Positions 1 to 8,435 of a stretch of DNA of 64,000 bases are shown piece after piece (within the stretch, counting starts at the first letter, position 1; the number at the start of each line of letters is the position of its first letter). The notes beneath the pieces are model-generated. The model saw nothing but the letters and a program-made list of their open reading frames with translations. It was not told the origin of the DNA and ran no database searches. The translations under genes were made by a program, and so were the position numbers. This DNA comes from a virus: the IMG/VR virus record IMGVR_UViG_3300045988_180675, positions 135,478 through 199,477 of that record, one strand, 5' to 3'.

Positions 1-226
1 TCCAACTTTCTTCATTAAACTTGATTGGAATGAAATATATACTTTCTTTCCATGTTTCACCTTTTTCTTCAGCCTTGGCATTGATATAGTCTTGTGCCAT
101 TTTCGAATTTTCAAAAAGTCTATTTGTAAAATCTTTGTCAATATATGGAATCATTGCAAATTTGTTTGCTAGAAAATATAAGGTTATGTTCTTTTTAATA
201 AATTCATTCAGCTTTCTTTCTTCCAT
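1..226 (-). CDS. hypothetical protein, 5-prime part only (continues beyond window start)
   Basis: Own translation of the reverse complement from ATG at 226..224 gives MEERKLNEFIKKNITLYFLANKF... open to position 1. SD GAGG lies 7 nt upstream and Box-1 at 241..253. Not in the supplied ORF track because it is truncated. Confidence 0.5.
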   Translation of the reverse strand, partial: MEERKLNEFIKKNITLYFLANKFAMIPYIDKDFTNRLFENSKMAQDYINAKAEEKGETWKESIYFIPIKFNEESW

Positions 227-240
227 TTTAACCTCACATA

Positions 241-253
241 TATATTATGCTAT
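241..253 (-). promoter_or_regulatory. Box-1, exact copy (plus TATATTATGCTAT = minus ATAGCATAATATA)
   Basis: Exact 13-mer. It follows terminator hairpin 268..287 and lies 15 nt upstream of the ATG at 226. Confidence 0.6.
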
Positions 254-260
254 ATCCAAA

Positions 261-287
261 AGAAAAAGTAGAGAATTTCTTCTCTAC
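261..287 (-). terminator. Rho-independent terminator after the hydrolase gene
   Basis: 8-bp stem gtagagaa/ttctctac (268..275 / 280..287) followed on the minus strand by a T-run (reverse complement of agaaaaa). Confidence 0.7.
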
Positions 288-294
288 TGTTTAC

Positions 295-3200
295 TCACTC
301 CGTAGGATTGTAGCCTGCTGGTGGATGGAACCCGTATGTCCAGCCACTCCAATCTGTAGGACCTTCACTGATTTCTTCACCAGTTTGGTCGCCGCCGATC
401 GCACCTTGTACGCCACCTACTTCATCGATATGGGCACCAACTGTTCTGCCGCCACCAATATAGATTTCTGTATGTTCTTGCCGCCACAAGATGTCTCCTG
501 GTCTTAGATCATCTGGAGATGTGATTTCGTACTGGACGAAGCCTGCTTCAGTCATTAGGTTGATCTGACTATAGGTTGAGAATGCTGGTGGTCCGACATT
601 AAATCCAGCTTGTGTAAGGGCATAATAAACTAGTGATGAGCAGTCGTAGTCTGGGTTTCCTAAACGATGAACCCAAGAATATCCATGTGAATCATCTGCA
701 GCAATTTCTCTTGCCCATTTTACATAAGGTAAATTAGAAATACCACCAAAGCCATCTGCCCATTCTGGGTTTGCATTTCCGCCAACATAACCAAATGAAA
801 GAGCCCTGATTTTGACATTAAATACCTTTTCAAAGTCGCTAGAGCGTAACGCAATATAACTTTGTACTAGCTTGTCCCCATAAGTCTTGTTTGATAGATC
901 CCAAGAATAGTTAAACATCTTGTCGTTTTCTTCTAATTTTGCAAGATCACATAGAACTGGGATCTTGACCGTTGCGACGATCTTCTTCCCATTAACTTCT
1001 ACTTTGTTTCCTTCTTCATCTGTCCAACTTTCCTTTTGCCCACTGGCAGTTGTTCTAAGTTCTACTGTGATACCCTGACCATGACCTGCAATTGCATAAT
1101 CTGCTAATGTGACACAATACTTTTGGAAATGGTAGTTATCCTTTGGATCACCACTGTATCCAGCCACGGCACCCATACTTAGGATTTCTTTTACAAACAA
1201 TAGTTGTCCAGCTCCAGAACTACTTGATGTTCCCGATGTTCCTGCTTGTACGACATCGATTGCTCCAGCACCCGTTACTTCAACGTTGGCTAGATCAACC
1301 TCCATGTTTTCTGGAATCTTTTCATCGATCCATTCCTTATATTTTGCATGTCTTGAATTGTATAAGGAAGCACCGATTTGGCTACCTTCATTACGCTTTT
1401 TCAAATTCTTTAAAATATTTTCTGTACTGTAATCTCCATTACAAGCTTGGAATACTGCATCTACAGGGCTAGAAGCATAATCGCCTCCCCCAAGTTCTGC
1501 TAGTTGGGTATACCAAAATACAGCTCTTAAATTCGTTGTGTAAGTATTGGCACAATAATTCCAATGTTTTACCACACGTTCTGCTGCAATTCTATCTTGT
1601 AGCTTTTTACCTTCGCTGCTTGTTAAAATTTTCTTTACAACTTCTGTTTGTTCAGCATTTAGTTCTATCCGATCTGCTTCCCAATCCTTCTCAAGAAGAG
1701 GAGCGATGATTCCATTACTATCGAGTTCGGAGAACTTACTTTGGTTTTCGCTTCTGAATCTTGTTAAATAATTTCTTGCATTATTTCCATATAAAGAACT
1801 CCAACCAATTGTAGAAGCCACTTCTCCACCTGCTTCAGCGTTGATTACATTACTATAATCTCTCTGCCCATAAACCTGTCCGCCAGTTTCCATGGCACCA
1901 AGCATATTTAACATGATATCCATTTGCGTTTCAGAGCCAAGTTTAGCGGAAGAATCGCCAGATGTATTCTGGATCGTTGTATTTGTTTTGGCAGCTTTAC
2001 CAGCTGTGCCATTTGGAAATACAATATCGCTTTCTGGACTTAATAAGAATTTATCATTTCCGATCGTATTTCCTTCCCCATCTACAAAGTCATAGGTAGG
2101 AATCACGGCAGATACGCCGATGTTCTTTTTAAATAATCCAGAAAAAATACTTCCATTTTTATCGGTTTTGCTACCAGACAAATTGTATTCAGCTGAGAAA
2201 TTCTTTAAATTTGACATTGTGATGCTGCCTGCATCGATCTCTGCCCCATCTAAGGTAGCCTTTGTAATTGTAATATCTTGTAATGGAACGTAATCGGATC
2301 CAGCCTTCTTCTTTTCTTCTTCTGTAAGGGTTTCTCCCTTTAAGATCTTGTAATAAGCCTTCAAGCGTTCCTGCAACATGTTTGCCATTTCTTGCATCAT
2401 GTTCTCATCTTTATCTGCTGACGACTTATTTACAGCTTGTACAGGTTGGACGATATGGGTATTGTTACTTCTGATTCTGCCCTGATACAAAGCTGTACCA
2501 CCAAAGATTCCACCCATCGTCACGGATGTTGCAAGACCTGCTGTAAGAGCCTTTTTACCAATACTCTGTACAATAGCTTTTCCGCCATTCGCAATGCCCT
2601 GTGGGCTGAATATGTTTTGACTAGGTGTAACATTTCCTCTTCTTGCAAGGAACTGTTTCATCTTGCTGGCTTCTTTGTCTGCCCTTGCAAGGGAGCCTTC
2701 TCTTTGTGCCCCAATTAAACTATCTTTACCTGTAAGAACCTTATCTTTATCCCCGATAGCTCCTGTTGATATTTTATCTTTTACTAATGTTCTTTTTTCC
2801 GTTGAAAGCTGCTGTCCTGCATCTACGTTGACTTCTCCTCCACTAATTTTAACAAGCTTCTTCTTTTCTGGTTGAAGAACGGATTTTTCTTGTGATGGTT
2901 TTAGTTTCTTAGCAATGCCTGCATCGTATTCTTTCTGAGAGATATATCGCATGGTGCCATCAGCACGCTTTTCAATGAATCGCCCTGATGATTTCAGATA
3001 CTCGACATTTTCTTTTGGACCTGGTGAATTTATAATGCCAGAACTTTGTCCAATGGAATTCTTCTCACTTATCGAAGAAATACCTGGCATGTTGTTTCTT
3101 GTGATGTTTGAGATTGCATCTTTTAACTTCTTCGCTTTTTGTTCATCAATTGACTTTTGCTGTTCTAAAAATGAATTTTTTACAATCTGTTTATTAGGTT

Positions 3201-4881
3201 GAGCAATTTGACGTTCATTCTTTATAACCCGCTTATTATCTGTAGGTACATTTACCTTTTTCATTAATCCACTGCGGTCAAAATTTTGTTGTTGTGTAAT
3301 TGCTCCGCTATCGCCTTGACTAAAAGCTCCACTTGAGAAATCATTCTTACTTGATATTCCACTATTTATATTTGGTTTGTTATCTGTAATATTTGGATGA
3401 TTGTTTGGAATATCTCCAATTTGTTTCTTCGCTATATTTTCAGGGCTAATATTTCTTTTAACATTCGCAATATTTTTATTGATCTTATTTAATAATTCTT
3501 GTTCTTTTTCAGCTACATGTTGGATAACTTCACTACTATATTTTTGTTTATTAACAACTTTATTTACATCTGTCTTTAATCCACTAAAGTTACCTTCTAG
3601 TTTATCTTCGATAAATGTTTCTTTCTGGGAGAATGCTTCATTACTAAAGTTTTGGTGAGAATCAATTCCAGTTCTACCAATATTCGTATTTTGTGCTTGT
3701 TGATTCTTAAACCCACTATTTTCCTGAATAATATTCTTATCTGCATTCTTAACTACTTGCTTATTTCCTGTGTGGGTATTCGATAATCTTTCATTGATCT
3801 TATCTGATAGTCTTTGACGCTCATAACTAAGTGCATCTGATGGCTGCTCTTTTGTAGCCGTAGAGAAAGCGTCATTACTTAATTCTTTGTTTAAATTTGA
3901 AAAGACTTCTTGTTGAGCCTGTGGAAAGGTTCTTTCCCTTACTCTTTCCTCATTTAAAAACTTATGGTCAGCCTTTGCTGCATGCTCTTGCTTAGCAGCT
4001 TTCTTATCAATATCATTGTTGATCCGTTTTGCTAGTTGTTGTCTTTCATATTCGATCGGATCAGAAGCTGTTGCTGTATCAATCTGTGAAAAAGCATCCC
4101 TATTGAGTTCTGTTGGGGGCTCAATATTTTGTCTAAACTCTCTTGACGGCTGATCAAAATAGTTATTGTTTAAACGTTGCTCTTTAAAGCCTTCTCTTCC
4201 GTTAGGGGTCTTTTTAATTTCTTTATTTAATTTTTCTGATAATCTTCTTTGTTCGTATTCAATTGGGTTAGATGCCTCTGGGACATCTTCAATATTATCT
4301 TCTAATAGGTTCTCAACGCTATCCCCATGAGGCTTATTTAAAGGGTTAAATTGAGCCGATTGTGACTCTAATGGAGTACGTTCCAATCTGTTCTCAAACG
4401 GCTCTGTACTGCTATTTAACATCGCTTCTTGTTTGTTTAATAACTCTTGTTCTCTGTATTGTTGTTTGATTAATTCTTTACGATGTTCTTCTTGTTGTTT
4501 TTTAAAAAAATCTTCTTTTGCTTTTTTCTCTTTTTCACCTGAGAATCTTGCGTGATCCTTTTCTACATCGATTTCTTTTGGTTCATCAACTTTGTCTGTG
4601 TTTTCTTCTAAATCCTTATCATCTTCATTTGGTTCTTCTTCTAAATCTTCATTACTATCATCTTGATCCTGATCACGCTCTAATTCATCCTTATCATCAT
4701 CTTCTGATTTTTCTTCTTCGTTTCCTTCTTTTTCAGTATCTTCTTCAGAAGCTTCTTCATCGTCCATGCTTAAAGCATCTCCTAGATCTGGAGACTGTTC
4801 TTCTTTTTCTTCACTGCCAGAACCTTCGCTTGGTTCAATGTCATCAGTTTCTTTTATTTCTTTCTCATTGATTTCTGTCAT
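295..4881 (-). CDS. conjugation-associated cell-wall hydrolase, C-terminal NlpC/P60 domain (CwlT/TcpG/PrgK-like role)
   Basis: SD AAAGGAG upstream of the ATG. The C-terminus carries the NlpC/P60 pattern (DYDCSSLVYYALTQAGF ... EHTEIYIGGG). One hydrophobic segment (TMGGIFGGTALY) follows a roughly 750-aa acidic/polar N-terminal region. The gene sits beside T4SS genes. Confidence 0.8.
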   Translation of the reverse strand: MTEINEKEIKETDDIEPSEGSGSEEKEEQSPDLGDALSMDDEEASEEDTEKEGNEEEKSEDDDKDELERDQDQDDSNEDLEEEPNEDDKDLEENTDKVDEPKEIDVEKDHARFSGEKEKKAKEDFFKKQQEEHRKELIKQQYREQELLNKQEAMLNSSTEPFENRLERTPLESQSAQFNPLNKPHGDSVENLLEDNIEDVPEASNPIEYEQRRLSEKLNKEIKKTPNGREGFKEQRLNNNYFDQPSREFRQNIEPPTELNRDAFSQIDTATASDPIEYERQQLAKRINNDIDKKAAKQEHAAKADHKFLNEERVRERTFPQAQQEVFSNLNKELSNDAFSTATKEQPSDALSYERQRLSDKINERLSNTHTGNKQVVKNADKNIIQENSGFKNQQAQNTNIGRTGIDSHQNFSNEAFSQKETFIEDKLEGNFSGLKTDVNKVVNKQKYSSEVIQHVAEKEQELLNKINKNIANVKRNISPENIAKKQIGDIPNNHPNITDNKPNINSGISSKNDFSSGAFSQGDSGAITQQQNFDRSGLMKKVNVPTDNKRVIKNERQIAQPNKQIVKNSFLEQQKSIDEQKAKKLKDAISNITRNNMPGISSISEKNSIGQSSGIINSPGPKENVEYLKSSGRFIEKRADGTMRYISQKEYDAGIAKKLKPSQEKSVLQPEKKKLVKISGGEVNVDAGQQLSTEKRTLVKDKISTGAIGDKDKVLTGKDSLIGAQREGSLARADKEASKMKQFLARRGNVTPSQNIFSPQGIANGGKAIVQSIGKKALTAGLATSVTMGGIFGGTALYQGRIRSNNTHIVQPVQAVNKSSADKDENMMQEMANMLQERLKAYYKILKGETLTEEEKKKAGSDYVPLQDITITKATLDGAEIDAGSITMSNLKNFSAEYNLSGSKTDKNGSIFSGLFKKNIGVSAVIPTYDFVDGEGNTIGNDKFLLSPESDIVFPNGTAGKAAKTNTTIQNTSGDSSAKLGSETQMDIMLNMLGAMETGGQVYGQRDYSNVINAEAGGEVASTIGWSSLYGNNARNYLTRFRSENQSKFSELDSNGIIAPLLEKDWEADRIELNAEQTEVVKKILTSSEGKKLQDRIAAERVVKHWNYCANTYTTNLRAVFWYTQLAELGGGDYASSPVDAVFQACNGDYSTENILKNLKKRNEGSQIGASLYNSRHAKYKEWIDEKIPENMEVDLANVEVTGAGAIDVVQAGTSGTSSSSGAGQLLFVKEILSMGAVAGYSGDPKDNYHFQKYCVTLADYAIAGHGQGITVELRTTASGQKESWTDEEGNKVEVNGKKIVATVKIPVLCDLAKLEENDKMFNYSWDLSNKTYGDKLVQSYIALRSSDFEKVFNVKIRALSFGYVGGNANPEWADGFGGISNLPYVKWAREIAADDSHGYSWVHRLGNPDYDCSSLVYYALTQAGFNVGPPAFSTYSQINLMTEAGFVQYEITSPDDLRPGDILWRQEHTEIYIGGGRTVGAHIDEVGGVQGAIGGDQTGEEISEGPTDWSGWTYGFHPPAGYNPTE

Positions 4882-4906
4882 TTAAAGATGCTCCTTTCGT
4901 ACATCT

Positions 4907-4919
4907 TATATTATGCTAT
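4907..4919 (-). promoter_or_regulatory. Box-1, exact copy
   Basis: Exact 13-mer, 25 nt upstream of the ATG at 4881 and directly downstream (minus sense) of terminator 4934..4961. Confidence 0.6.
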
Positions 4920-4933
4920 TTTTCATAAAATCA

Positions 4934-4961
4934 AAAAGAAAAAGACTATATTTTTAGTCTT
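4934..4961 (-). terminator. Rho-independent terminator belonging to the gene remnant
   Basis: Stem aagacta/tagtctt (4942..4948 / 4955..4961) plus a T-run on the minus strand. It is a near copy of terminator 6503..6534. Confidence 0.65.
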
Positions 4962-4968
4962 TTCTTCT

Positions 4969-5046
4969 TTAATCCATATTCTTGTGAACTGCTTTGCATA
5001 CTAAATACACGATTATCATGTATACCAAATATATGATTATCGCCAG
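4969..5046 (-). pseudogene. 3-prime remnant of a paralogue of gene 6520..7260, truncated at the IS right end
   Basis: Own translation gives ...LAIIIYLVYMIIVYLVCKAVHKNMD*, comparable to the C-terminus ...LVIIIYMAYKAVCQIWIKEKRLDK* of 6520..7260. The downstream terminator is also duplicated. Homology stops at the IS boundary near 5046. Confidence 0.5.
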
Positions 5047-5260
5047 TCAACTACCCACCACCTAAAGGTAGTGGGCTTGTAACTGCCCAGTCGTACTAGC
5101 GGCTTACGCCTCCGACCTTTAACCCCAATGAGCATTGCTACTCAAAGTGGCGTTACATCATAGGATGGTTGACACAACACCCTTTACGATAAAGTTTACT
5201 CTACCGTAACTGTATCTGGTACTTGAGCTTCTTTGAGATAGCTGATTCCCATGTGATACA
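5028..5260 (-). ncRNA. probable TnpB omega RNA (right-end RNA) with guide running into the flank
   Basis: A visibly G+C-richer, structured stretch lies immediately 3-prime of and overlapping the tnpB end. A 9-bp subterminal hairpin CCCACTACC-TTTA-GGTGGTGGG (reverse complement of 5054..5075) sits 8 nt from the boundary. The call rests on position and family knowledge only. Confidence 0.4.
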
Positions 5261-6495
5261 GATTCATAGCTCCAATGCGATCATCGTTAGAACTGTAGCC
5301 ACAGTTTTTACAAGTAAACAGATGTATCTTCTTGTTTCGATTAGACTTTTCAATATGTCCACATACAGGGCAACATTGACTTGTGTAACGAGGATCAACC
5401 TTAATAACAGTCGATTGATTCTGTTTTGCCTTGTAAATCAGTTTTTGTTCAAGGTCATAGAATGACCACGATACAGATACATAACGATCTTTTGTTTTAA
5501 CACGTTCTGTAACACTACGAATACCTGTCAGATCTTCAAGAACAAAGAGTGTATGCTTCGGATTAGATTCAACGAGTGCCTTACTAATGCAATGATTAAC
5601 ATCTTGCATCCAACGGTTTTCTCGCTGACCGATAGCTTTCAATCTGCGTCTTGCAGATGGAGTCTGACGCTTTTGTAGTTCTTTACGGAGCTTGGAGTAG
5701 TGGGCACGTTTCTGTTTGATAGATCTGCCACTTACAAATCCAGATTTGTGCTTACTATCATAAGTAGCAATAACAAAGTTGATACCTCTATCAATCCCTA
5801 CAACGTTACAGATATCTGATATGTTACTTTCTTCGACCTCATAACTTACAGGGATATGTAAAAAATACTTACCATGCTTATTTACAAGCTTGGCTGTACC
5901 AAACTTATAGGTTGTATGATCGAAGTATTTAGACATGCCCTTTGCAAAGTATGGTAGCTTGACACGACCATCCAGTGTATTAACTGAAAAACAGTTCTGC
6001 GTTAAGGAATAATCTCGATTCCAAACAAGGTCGTATTGAGGCTTATCAAAATTTGGCTTGATCCATTTTTTCTGGTTTTCAAGAATTGTCTTGTACCTTG
6101 CAATAACGGTCTTAAAAACAGATTGAGCCATTTGTGATCTGAGTCCAAATTGTTCTCTAAGTGTAGAGTACAAAACCTGATTCAAAGAAAACTGCTTTAA
6201 GTTCTTTGTATTAAATATATATTCAGATACAAAATTACAGGCATCAGAATAGGCAGACATCGTTTTATCAAGTAAAGCTTTACTGTCTGTATCAACTGAT
6301 ATTTGGATTTTAGCTGTAACTGTCATCCGCTCCATAAATAAACCTTATTGTCCTTTCATTAAATATAGTATATACTATTATTAGTGAAAGTCAACAACTT
6401 TGAGGGGATTCAACTAAGGTTGATACTTACAAACTTATAAGGCTCCTCCCCCGCCCAATGGCAGTGGGTTTCCGCAGATAGAATAGGGAGGACTT
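5046..6495 (-). mobile_element. IS200/IS605-family element carrying tnpB only (IS1341-like, no tnpA)
   Basis: Intact tnpB is flanked by related subterminal imperfect hairpins (left end AAACCCACTGCC..., right end AAGCCCACTACC...). There is no Y1 transposase ORF. The right boundary is placed where similarity to the second copy at 63841 begins. The left boundary is approximate (plus or minus 10 nt). Confidence 0.65.
5196..6335 (-). CDS. tnpB: TnpB (OrfB) RNA-guided endonuclease
   Basis: 379 aa. RuvC-like motifs are present (GIDRGINF, VLEDLTG, NDDRIGAMN) together with a zinc ribbon (CPVCGH...CKNCG). This is typical IS605 OrfB architecture. Confidence 0.9.
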   Translation of the reverse strand: MERMTVTAKIQISVDTDSKALLDKTMSAYSDACNFVSEYIFNTKNLKQFSLNQVLYSTLREQFGLRSQMAQSVFKTVIARYKTILENQKKWIKPNFDKPQYDLVWNRDYSLTQNCFSVNTLDGRVKLPYFAKGMSKYFDHTTYKFGTAKLVNKHGKYFLHIPVSYEVEESNISDICNVVGIDRGINFVIATYDSKHKSGFVSGRSIKQKRAHYSKLRKELQKRQTPSARRRLKAIGQRENRWMQDVNHCISKALVESNPKHTLFVLEDLTGIRSVTERVKTKDRYVSVSWSFYDLEQKLIYKAKQNQSTVIKVDPRYTSQCCPVCGHIEKSNRNKKIHLFTCKNCGYSSNDDRIGAMNLYHMGISYLKEAQVPDTVTVE

Positions 6496-6502
6496 TATTT
6501 AT

Positions 6503-6534
6503 AAAAGAAAAGAAAAAGACTATTTATCTAGTCT
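6503..6534 (-). terminator. Rho-independent terminator of gene 6520..7260
   Basis: Stem agacta/tagtct (6517..6522 / 6529..6534) overlapping the stop codon, with a T-run on the minus strand. Confidence 0.6.
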
Positions 6535-7260
6535 CTTTTCTTTAATCCATATTTGGCAGACTGCTTTATATGCCATATATATAATTATTACCAATGAAAT
6601 CATAGTAAACGCTGTTCTCACAACAATAGCTGGGGGAAGATTTTCCCCTTCCTTTTCTGCCTCGATCACCTTTTGTTCTTCTTTGTTTTCTTGCTTGTAT
6701 TTCTCTTTCATCGGCTTTCCGAGCACTTCGTTTGCGTATTTATTTTCGAGTGTCTTTAACATGTTTAGATCATAGACTCCACCGTAATCTTCTGGCTTAT
6801 TGGCAAAAGGGAAGTTGACGATCCAACCGTATTTATACATTAGGTCTTCATTACCGACAAAGGTTCTAAAACTTGCTACTTCATTATCCTTTACTTCGAT
6901 ATTGCCATAAATATCAAATGTATACAGTTTTTCAGAGGAAGAGCTATTATGACCGTTCTCCAAACCAATTACAGATGTCTTGATATGATATTTGCCAACT
7001 GGTAAATGGATCTTCTCTTGGAACTTATCTGTACTATATGACATTTGGACAGAAAGAACCTCGTTTTCATTGGCATCGTAGAACTTTGTTTCAATAATAA
7101 CATCTTTGTAGTCTTCGACCACAAAGCCAGCAAGGATTGCTTCTCCACATGGGGAGCCTGCAACACATGCATTGTTGGCTTCTTCTGCGTATGAAGCCTG
7201 TGGAACAAGTGCTAATCCCATAATAGCAATAATTGTTAATAAAATCTTAATGAATTTCAA
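6520..7260 (-). CDS. hypothetical exported protein with C-terminal membrane anchor
   Basis: N-terminal signal peptide (MKFIKILLTIIAIMGLALVPQASYAEE) and a C-terminal hydrophobic segment followed by basic residues. No family recognised. Confidence 0.7.
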   Translation of the reverse strand: MKFIKILLTIIAIMGLALVPQASYAEEANNACVAGSPCGEAILAGFVVEDYKDVIIETKFYDANENEVLSVQMSYSTDKFQEKIHLPVGKYHIKTSVIGLENGHNSSSSEKLYTFDIYGNIEVKDNEVASFRTFVGNEDLMYKYGWIVNFPFANKPEDYGGVYDLNMLKTLENKYANEVLGKPMKEKYKQENKEEQKVIEAEKEGENLPPAIVVRTAFTMISLVIIIYMAYKAVCQIWIKEKRLDK

Positions 7261-7272
7261 AATGGATCCTCC

Positions 7273-7512
7273 TTACTCGATTACAATATCGAACGTGTTA
7301 TCACTTTCAAAAGTTTCTAGCACATCTCTGTTCAAATATGCGGCAAAACGTTCTTGTGGTACCCAGTCTGTTTTCGTGAGCCAGTGGACGTGCAGTCCGT
7401 TAGGTGTTGTCGCCTGAACTATATACCAACCAGCAAAATTGTTTTTAGCCCACAAAGAAATGTTTTCGTACTTCTTTTCTTGAATCTGTTCTAAACATTC
7501 TCTTAACTTCAT
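7273..7512 (-). CDS. hypothetical protein (79 aa)
   Basis: SD AAAAGGAGAA upstream and a sigma-A-type promoter at 7537..7565. No family recognised. Confidence 0.6.
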   Translation of the reverse strand: MKLRECLEQIQEKKYENISLWAKNNFAGWYIVQATTPNGLHVHWLTKTDWVPQERFAAYLNRDVLETFESDNTFDIVIE

Positions 7513-7536
7513 TTCATTTTCTCCTTTTCTAAGCGT

Positions 7537-7577
7537 ATTTTACCATAAAGGATATTATCTTGCAATATACTGTTATG
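7537..7577 (-). promoter_or_regulatory. sigma-A-type promoter TTGCAA-N17-TAAAAT (TGg extended -10) with abutting ATACTGTTAT box
   Basis: -10 at 7537..7542 and -35 at 7560..7565, read on the minus strand. The box ATATACTGTTAT lies at 7565..7576. Confidence 0.65.
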
Positions 7578-7589
7578 TCATTTTTAGCA

Positions 7590-7622
7590 AAAGAAAAAGA
7601 GGGGCGGTACCACCAACCTCTC
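7590..7622 (-). terminator. Rho-independent terminator after 7681..8295
   Basis: Stem gagggg/cctctc (with one G-T pair) plus a minus-strand T-run. Confidence 0.55.
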
Positions 7623-7680
7623 TTTCTTTTAGACCTGATCTTCCTCAAATAGAATCGCAACATCGTCGATTACGATATCG

Positions 7681-8295
7681 TCATTCTTCAATGTAAAGTG
7701 TGAAAACATACTTATCATCCTTCCATTGTTCATCCATCTTATCAAAGCCCAAGAATACATTGTGGAATTCTGTAGCCATGACCTTAAAATCAATATGATG
7801 ATTTTTGAGCTTTTTGGCTTCTGTTGGGTAGACCATTGAATAAGAACTCAACAATTCCATTCCAACGAGATCTTCCCAGTTTACCTGAGTGTTTTCAAAG
7901 TCTGGTGTTCCATCTTTATAGAATGCCCAGTCAATGTAGACAACCGAACCGTCGAAGTTGACGATCTTTTCCTCAATGTTCTTTAAAGCCTTCTGCCCAG
8001 CTGTAAATTCATCGGCAGAACCCATTAGATATCTGTTAATATCTTCTAGCTTCTGAATTTGATTCTGGAAGTCCTTTCCTTTTAGAACTGTGTTTGATCC
8101 AGATGAAGCACAATAGCAAACAGTGTTAAATGGGTTCTTTACACTATTTACACCATTCTGTGTTTGATAAAGCATTTTCATGCGAAGCAAGAATTCATCT
8201 GTCACCTCTAGTCCTGGGTAGGTTGAACCGCATAGATAATGGAAGAATACATTTTCGATCTTACCATTCCTTCTATTTACTACTAATAATTTCAT
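7681..8295 (-). CDS. hypothetical protein (204 aa), carries the class-2 leader
   Basis: SD AGGAGG. Preceded by the conserved leader at 8296..8393. No family recognised. Confidence 0.7.
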   Translation of the reverse strand: MKLLVVNRRNGKIENVFFHYLCGSTYPGLEVTDEFLLRMKMLYQTQNGVNSVKNPFNTVCYCASSGSNTVLKGKDFQNQIQKLEDINRYLMGSADEFTAGQKALKNIEEKIVNFDGSVVYIDWAFYKDGTPDFENTQVNWEDLVGMELLSSYSMVYPTEAKKLKNHHIDFKVMATEFHNVFLGFDKMDEQWKDDKYVFTLYIEE

Positions 8296-8393
8296 TTGAT
8301 TTTCCTCCTATAGCCATTTTGGCTTTATTATTTCCCACCTTATTCGAATCTTTTCTCCATGATCATCAAATAAAGTCATATTTATTATGCGAT
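8296..8393 (-). promoter_or_regulatory. class-2 conserved leader, copy A
   Basis: Core ttctccatgatcatcaaataaagtcatatttattatgcga (8354..8393) is shared with copies at 36814..36853 and 45316..45354. A hairpin agcca-ttt-tggct (8312..8324) abuts the SD. Confidence 0.6.
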
Positions 8394-8401
8394 ACAAAAG
8401 G

Positions 8402-8429
8402 AAAAGAAAAAGATAGGGGTTTCCTATCT
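8402..8429 (-). terminator. Rho-independent terminator after 8436..11324
   Basis: Stem agatagg/cctatct (8411..8417 / 8423..8429) plus a T-run on the minus strand. Confidence 0.7.
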
Positions 8430-8435
8430 TCTTTC

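Noticed and set aside
6969-7208. Nested minus-strand ORFs in alternative frames: 6969..7208, 9995..10345, 12849..13040, 16030..16269, 20023..20250, 40017..40205, 43470..43667, 46927..47232, 49867..50124, 53822..54016.
   Set aside because: They lie out of frame inside long genes with clear domain content, have no SD, and have Arg/Gln/Lys-rich junk-like sequences.
8340-8372. Short upstream ORFs in the class-2 leader: ATGATCATGGAG... giving MIMEKRFE* / MIMENVVK*, and ATGACTTTATTTGATGAT... giving MTLFDD....
   Set aside because: There is no SD in front. The lengths and stops differ between copies. Copy C lacks one of the ATGs. The similarity is explained by nucleotide conservation of the leader.
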